Positions 26,301 to 30,417 of a DNA stretch of 30,417 nucleotides are shown here, piece by piece. The number at the start of each line of letters is the position of its first letter. The first letter of the stretch is position 1. The DNA comes from Oligoflexus sp. (GTDB lineage: Bacteria; Bdellovibrionota_B; Oligoflexia; Oligoflexales; Oligoflexaceae): positions 1 to 30,417 of the forward strand of contig JBGSTX010000081.1 in NCBI GenBank assembly GCA_041736305.1, given 5' to 3'. The notes below the pieces were generated by a model. That model saw nothing but the letters and a program-made list of their open reading frames with translations, did not search any database and was not told the origin of the DNA. The position numbers and the translations under genes were made by a program.

Positions 26301-28815
26301 TGTTTTTAAGCTCGAGGATTTCGCCTCGCGCATCGACCGTAATCGTCTGGGATAAATCGCCTCGCGCCACCGCCGTGGTTACCTTGGCTATGTTTCGGAC
26401 CTGGTTGGTGAGGTTACCGGCGAGTACGTTCACGTTATCGGTCAGGTCTTTCCAAACCCCTGAAACCCCTTTTACATCAGCCTGCCCACCGAGTCGCCCT
26501 TCGGTACCTACCTCTTTCGCCACGCGCGTTACTTCTGCCGCGAAGGATCGGAGCGTATCCACCATGATGTTGATGGTATTCTTGAGCTCAAAAATCTCGC
26601 CCTTGGCATCGACCGTAATCTTCTGCGACAAGTCGCCATTCGCCACAGCCGTCGTAACCTTGGCTATGTTCCTCACCTGAGCCGTGAGGTTCCCGGCAAG
26701 ACCGTTTACATTATCCGTCAAGTCTTTCCAGGTGCCGGAGACCCCCTTCACATCCGCCTGCCCTCCGAGCTTACCCTCGGTTCCTACCTCCTTGGCCACT
26801 CGCGTAACTTCCGCGGCGAAGGAGTTGAGCTGATCCACCATCTTGTTGATCACATCTTTGATCTGGAGAATCTCACCTCGCACTTCAACCGTAATCTTCT
26901 GGGTCAAGTCACCGTTGGCGATCGCCGTCGCGACCTTGGAAACGTCGCGGAGCTGAACGGTCAGGTTTCCGGCGAGGACGTTCACATTATCCGTCAGATC
27001 TTTCCAAACCCCGGAAACGCCCTTAACATCGGCTTGCCCACCGAGTTTTCCTTCGGTACCCACCTCTTTCGCTACCCGCGTAACTTCTGCGGCGAAGGAG
27101 TTGAGCTGATCCACCATCGTGTTGATCGTATTCTTGAGTTCGTAGATTTCGCCCTTAGCATCGACCGTAATCTTCTGCGACAAGTCACCCTTGGCCACGG
27201 CCGTGGTTACCTTGGCGATGTTTCGAACCTGGTTGGTGAGGTTACCCGCCAGGACGTTTACGTTGTCGGTGAGATCTTTCCAGGTACCGGAAACCCCTTT
27301 TACATCAGCCTGCCCACCGAGTTTACCTTCGGTACCTACTTCTTTAGCAACCCGCGTAACCTCGGCAGCGAAGGAGTTGAGCTGATCCACCATTGTATTG
27401 ATCGTATTCTTCAGCTCCCGGATTTCGCCTTTTGCTTCGACCGTAATTTTCTGCGACAAGTCACCCTTGGCCACCGCTGTCGTTACCTTGGCGATGTTTC
27501 GAACCTGGTCAGTGAGGTTGGCTGCGAGACCGTTCACATTATCGGTGAGATCTTTCCAGGTTCCGGACACCCCCTTGACGTCGGCCTGCCCACCGAGTTT
27601 TCCTTCGGTACCTACTTCTTTTGCAACCCGGGTAACCTCGGCCGCGAAGTTTCGGAGCGTGTCCACCATCGTGTTGATCGTGTTTTTAAGCTCGAAGATC
27701 TCACCACGGGCATCGACTGTAATCTTCTGCGACAAGTCGCCGTTGGCGACCGCTGTCGTTACCTTGGCAATATTTCGAACCTGGCCGGTCAGGTTTCCGG
27801 CGAGGACGTTTACGTTATCGGTGAGATCTTTCCAAACCCCAGAAACCCCTTTAACATCAGCCTGTCCACCCAGTCGTCCTTCGGTACCTACCTCTTTCGC
27901 AACGCGCGTAACCTCTGCAGCAAACGAGTTGAGCTGATCCACCATCGTATTGATCGTATTCTTCAGTTCGTAGACTTCTCCGCGTGCATCGACCGTAATC
28001 TTCTGGGACAAATCGCCTTTCGCTACCGCTGTTGTTACCTTGGCAATGTTACGAACTTGGTTGGTGAGGTTACCGGCGAGGACGTTGACGTTATCGGTAA
28101 GGTCGCGCCAAATACCGGAGGCGCCTCGCACATCAGCTTGGCCACCGAGTTTACCTTCGGTACCTACTTCTTTTGCCACCCGCGTAACTTCTGAAGCGAA
28201 AAAGTTGAGCTGATCCACCATCTCATTCACCGTCGTCCCAATCCGAAAAAATTCACCTTGCAGGGGACGGCTGTCGATTTCCAGGGACATCTTCTGCGAA
28301 AGGTCACCCTTCGCCACTGAGGTGATAACCCGCGCGATCTCGTTGGTGGGCTGCACCAACTCGCCGATGAGAGAGTTGACCGAATCAACGCAGGTGGCCC
28401 AGCCGCCGCGCACCGGCCCGATCGAGGCGCGCTCAGTCATGCGCCCTTCTTGGCCAACAATTTTAGCGACTCGGGCAAATTCATTGCTCATCGTTTCGTT
28501 AGCTTCAATGATGTCGTTGAGAACTTCGGCTACTTCGCTTAAGACGCCAAAGCGATCATCAATTTCAAGACGCACAGTAAAATCACCCTGCCGCATAAGC
28601 CGAACGGTCTTGAGCAGACTACGCATCTGCTGCCGTAATTCGGCAGGGTCAACCTCGTTATTTACGCTTTCTCGCGTTAGAACTGACGCGGGAGTGAATT
28701 GCTTTTCGCTGCGTCTCGTTTTGTCGTAATTTTGATGGCGGCGATCTCTAGAGCTCTGCTTCCCAGCCAGTTTTTCTTTAGATGGCATATCGAGATTGCT
28801 GTCTTGGTTGCGCAT
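23308..28815 (-). CDS. Poly-HAMP hybrid histidine kinase (HAMP array-GAF-HisKA-HATPase-REC), related to Nik1/Os-1 and OsaA types
   Basis: About 12 tandem 92-aa units ([21 protein letters not shown]...WKDLTDNVN). H-box [23 protein letters not shown], receiver LMDSMMP. Start placed at ATG 28815 with a ggag RBS. Confidence 0.95.
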   Translation of the reverse strand: MRNQDSNLDMPSKEKLAGKQSSRDRRHQNYDKTRRSEKQFTPASVLTRESVNNEVDPAELRQQMRSLLKTVRLMRQGDFTVRLEIDDRFGVLSEVAEVLNDIIEANETMSNEFARVAKIVGQEGRMTERASIGPVRGGWATCVDSVNSLIGELVQPTNEIARVITSVAKGDLSQKMSLEIDSRPLQGEFFRIGTTVNEMVDQLNFFASEVTRVAKEVGTEGKLGGQADVRGASGIWRDLTDNVNVLAGNLTNQVRNIAKVTTAVAKGDLSQKITVDARGEVYELKNTINTMVDQLNSFAAEVTRVAKEVGTEGRLGGQADVKGVSGVWKDLTDNVNVLAGNLTGQVRNIAKVTTAVANGDLSQKITVDARGEIFELKNTINTMVDTLRNFAAEVTRVAKEVGTEGKLGGQADVKGVSGTWKDLTDNVNGLAANLTDQVRNIAKVTTAVAKGDLSQKITVEAKGEIRELKNTINTMVDQLNSFAAEVTRVAKEVGTEGKLGGQADVKGVSGTWKDLTDNVNVLAGNLTNQVRNIAKVTTAVAKGDLSQKITVDAKGEIYELKNTINTMVDQLNSFAAEVTRVAKEVGTEGKLGGQADVKGVSGVWKDLTDNVNVLAGNLTVQLRDVSKVATAIANGDLTQKITVEVRGEILQIKDVINKMVDQLNSFAAEVTRVAKEVGTEGKLGGQADVKGVSGTWKDLTDNVNGLAGNLTAQVRNIAKVTTAVANGDLSQKITVDAKGEIFELKNTINIMVDTLRSFAAEVTRVAKEVGTEGRLGGQADVKGVSGVWKDLTDNVNVLAGNLTNQVRNIAKVTTAVARGDLSQTITVDARGEILELKNTINTMVDQLNSFAAEVTRVAKEVGTEGRLGGQADVKGVSGVWKDLTDNVNVLAGNLTVQLRDVSKVATAIANGDLTQKITVEVRGEILQIKDVINKMVDQLNSFAAEVTRVAKEVGTEGKLGGQAEVKGVSGVWKDLTDNVNFMASNLTKQVRGIIKVVTAVANGDLNRKLFLEAKGEVAALAETINSMIDTLGTFADQVTTVAREVGIEGKLGAQAYVPGVAGTWKDLTDNVNFMASNLTKQVRGIIKVVTAVANGDLSQKFVLEAKGEVAALAETINSMTDTLRTFADQVTGVAREVGIEGKLGGQANVPGASGTWKDLTDNVNQLASALTSQIRAIAEVSTAVTKGDLTRSITVEAQGEVAALKDNINQMISNLKDTTQKNTEQDWLKTNLAKFSSMMQGQRSITAVAQLIMSELTPLVDAQLGAFFMIEQDLNEPTLNLIASYAFDERRNLSNKYQLKQGLVGQCAFEKKRILLRRVPNDYVYISSALGEARPANVVVMPVLFEGEVKAVIELASFHPFSLNYLNFLDQLMDSIGVVLNMISSSMRTEELLQELKRSNVELEAQATELEEKAKLLEIKNHEVELASLSLEEKAEQLSLISKYKSEFLANMSHELRTPLNSLLILSRMLSDNKDNNLSLEQVKYAATIHAAGNDLLALINEILDLSKVEAGKMPIHPSSFELYEVQEMLEQTFRPVAEHKSLNFNIEVAQNTPASMFSDLNRLQQILKNLLSNAFKFTNRGRVTLSMALAGDSAPAGIVRSSSPILRFSVRDTGIGIPKDKQKLIFEAFQQADGTTNRKYGGTGLGLTISREIARLLGGVIEVESTYGKGSVFHLYIPQTYAGADTSVTLVAKEEPSPEIYRLPDNVDFKGRKILIVDDDMRNIYTMTCLLETYGMKVNYAENGRLALEKLQEIPDTDLVLMDSMMPEMDGLEATTCIRKISEFSTLPIISLTAKAMKGDREKCLAAGATDYITKPVDTEQLLGLMHMWLKNKK
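25160..28600 (-). repeat. 276-bp-period intragenic tandem array encoding poly-HAMP units
   Basis: Near-identical peptide units with third-position divergence. For example, a ~50-bp identical block occurs at 25562 and 25838, 276 bp apart. Confidence 0.9.
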
Positions 28816-29110
28816 AGACAAAAGCTCCAGAGTAGTCGAGATCAAGTGATTGCAGGCAATAGAGTAGTGAGCCTCTTAGGCATTCTTTCGCTCAACACTC
28901 CATTGCCTTTGCACTGGGTTAATCTATCAGGCCGGTCATTTGGATGAAATCAGAAATAAAGCGTGAAGTGGATAAGCTTAAGCGAAATCTTCTTCGCATA
29001 AATAGACAAGCAATTGGAGGAGGGACCTCTTTGTAGGGGAAAGAGCTGTTGAAATAAGCTCACTCCCAATTTGACTCCCTCTGAGTAAAAATATGAGCAT
29101 CGCCAGTTAA

Positions 29111-30417
<1,307 letters not shown>

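Noticed and set aside
27034-28194. 386-aa plus-strand ORF and other long antisense ORFs (22733-23380, 24454-25179)
   Set aside because: Antisense shadows of well-supported kinase genes, explained by codon bias and repeats.
25160-28600. Periodic DNA repeats as a CRISPR array
   Set aside because: The period is 276 bp, in frame within a kinase, with no unique spacers and no cas genes.

Overview
Bacterial window of about 50% GC. The gene content (lipoprotein-rich orphan genes, poly-HAMP kinase, sigma28-like promoters) suggests a Bdellovibrionota/Oligoflexia-like Gram-negative organism; this is inference only. From left to right: a lipoprotein with four Cys-rich repeats, a Methyltransf_16-like methyltransferase, a collagen-like lipoprotein ending in CxxCH, an acidic lipoprotein, a CusA/CzcA RND pump with a small His-rich partner, LysR, a stand-alone TnpB with an apparently rearranged RuvC site, and an SDR. 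Next is a four-gene polymorphic toxin operon (two Sec-secreted proteins, a lipoprotein toxin with a PT-TG domain, an Imm40-like immunity protein) followed by an eroded papain-like toxin remnant. The rest holds sodC, ltaE and a cluster of three histidine kinases, one with about 12 tandem 92-aa HAMP units. The last ~110 bp are a gcvP fragment joined out of frame to a kinase, probably an assembly or library chimera. The best candidate for an undescribed system is the lipoprotein PT-TG toxin operon at 12855-17415.
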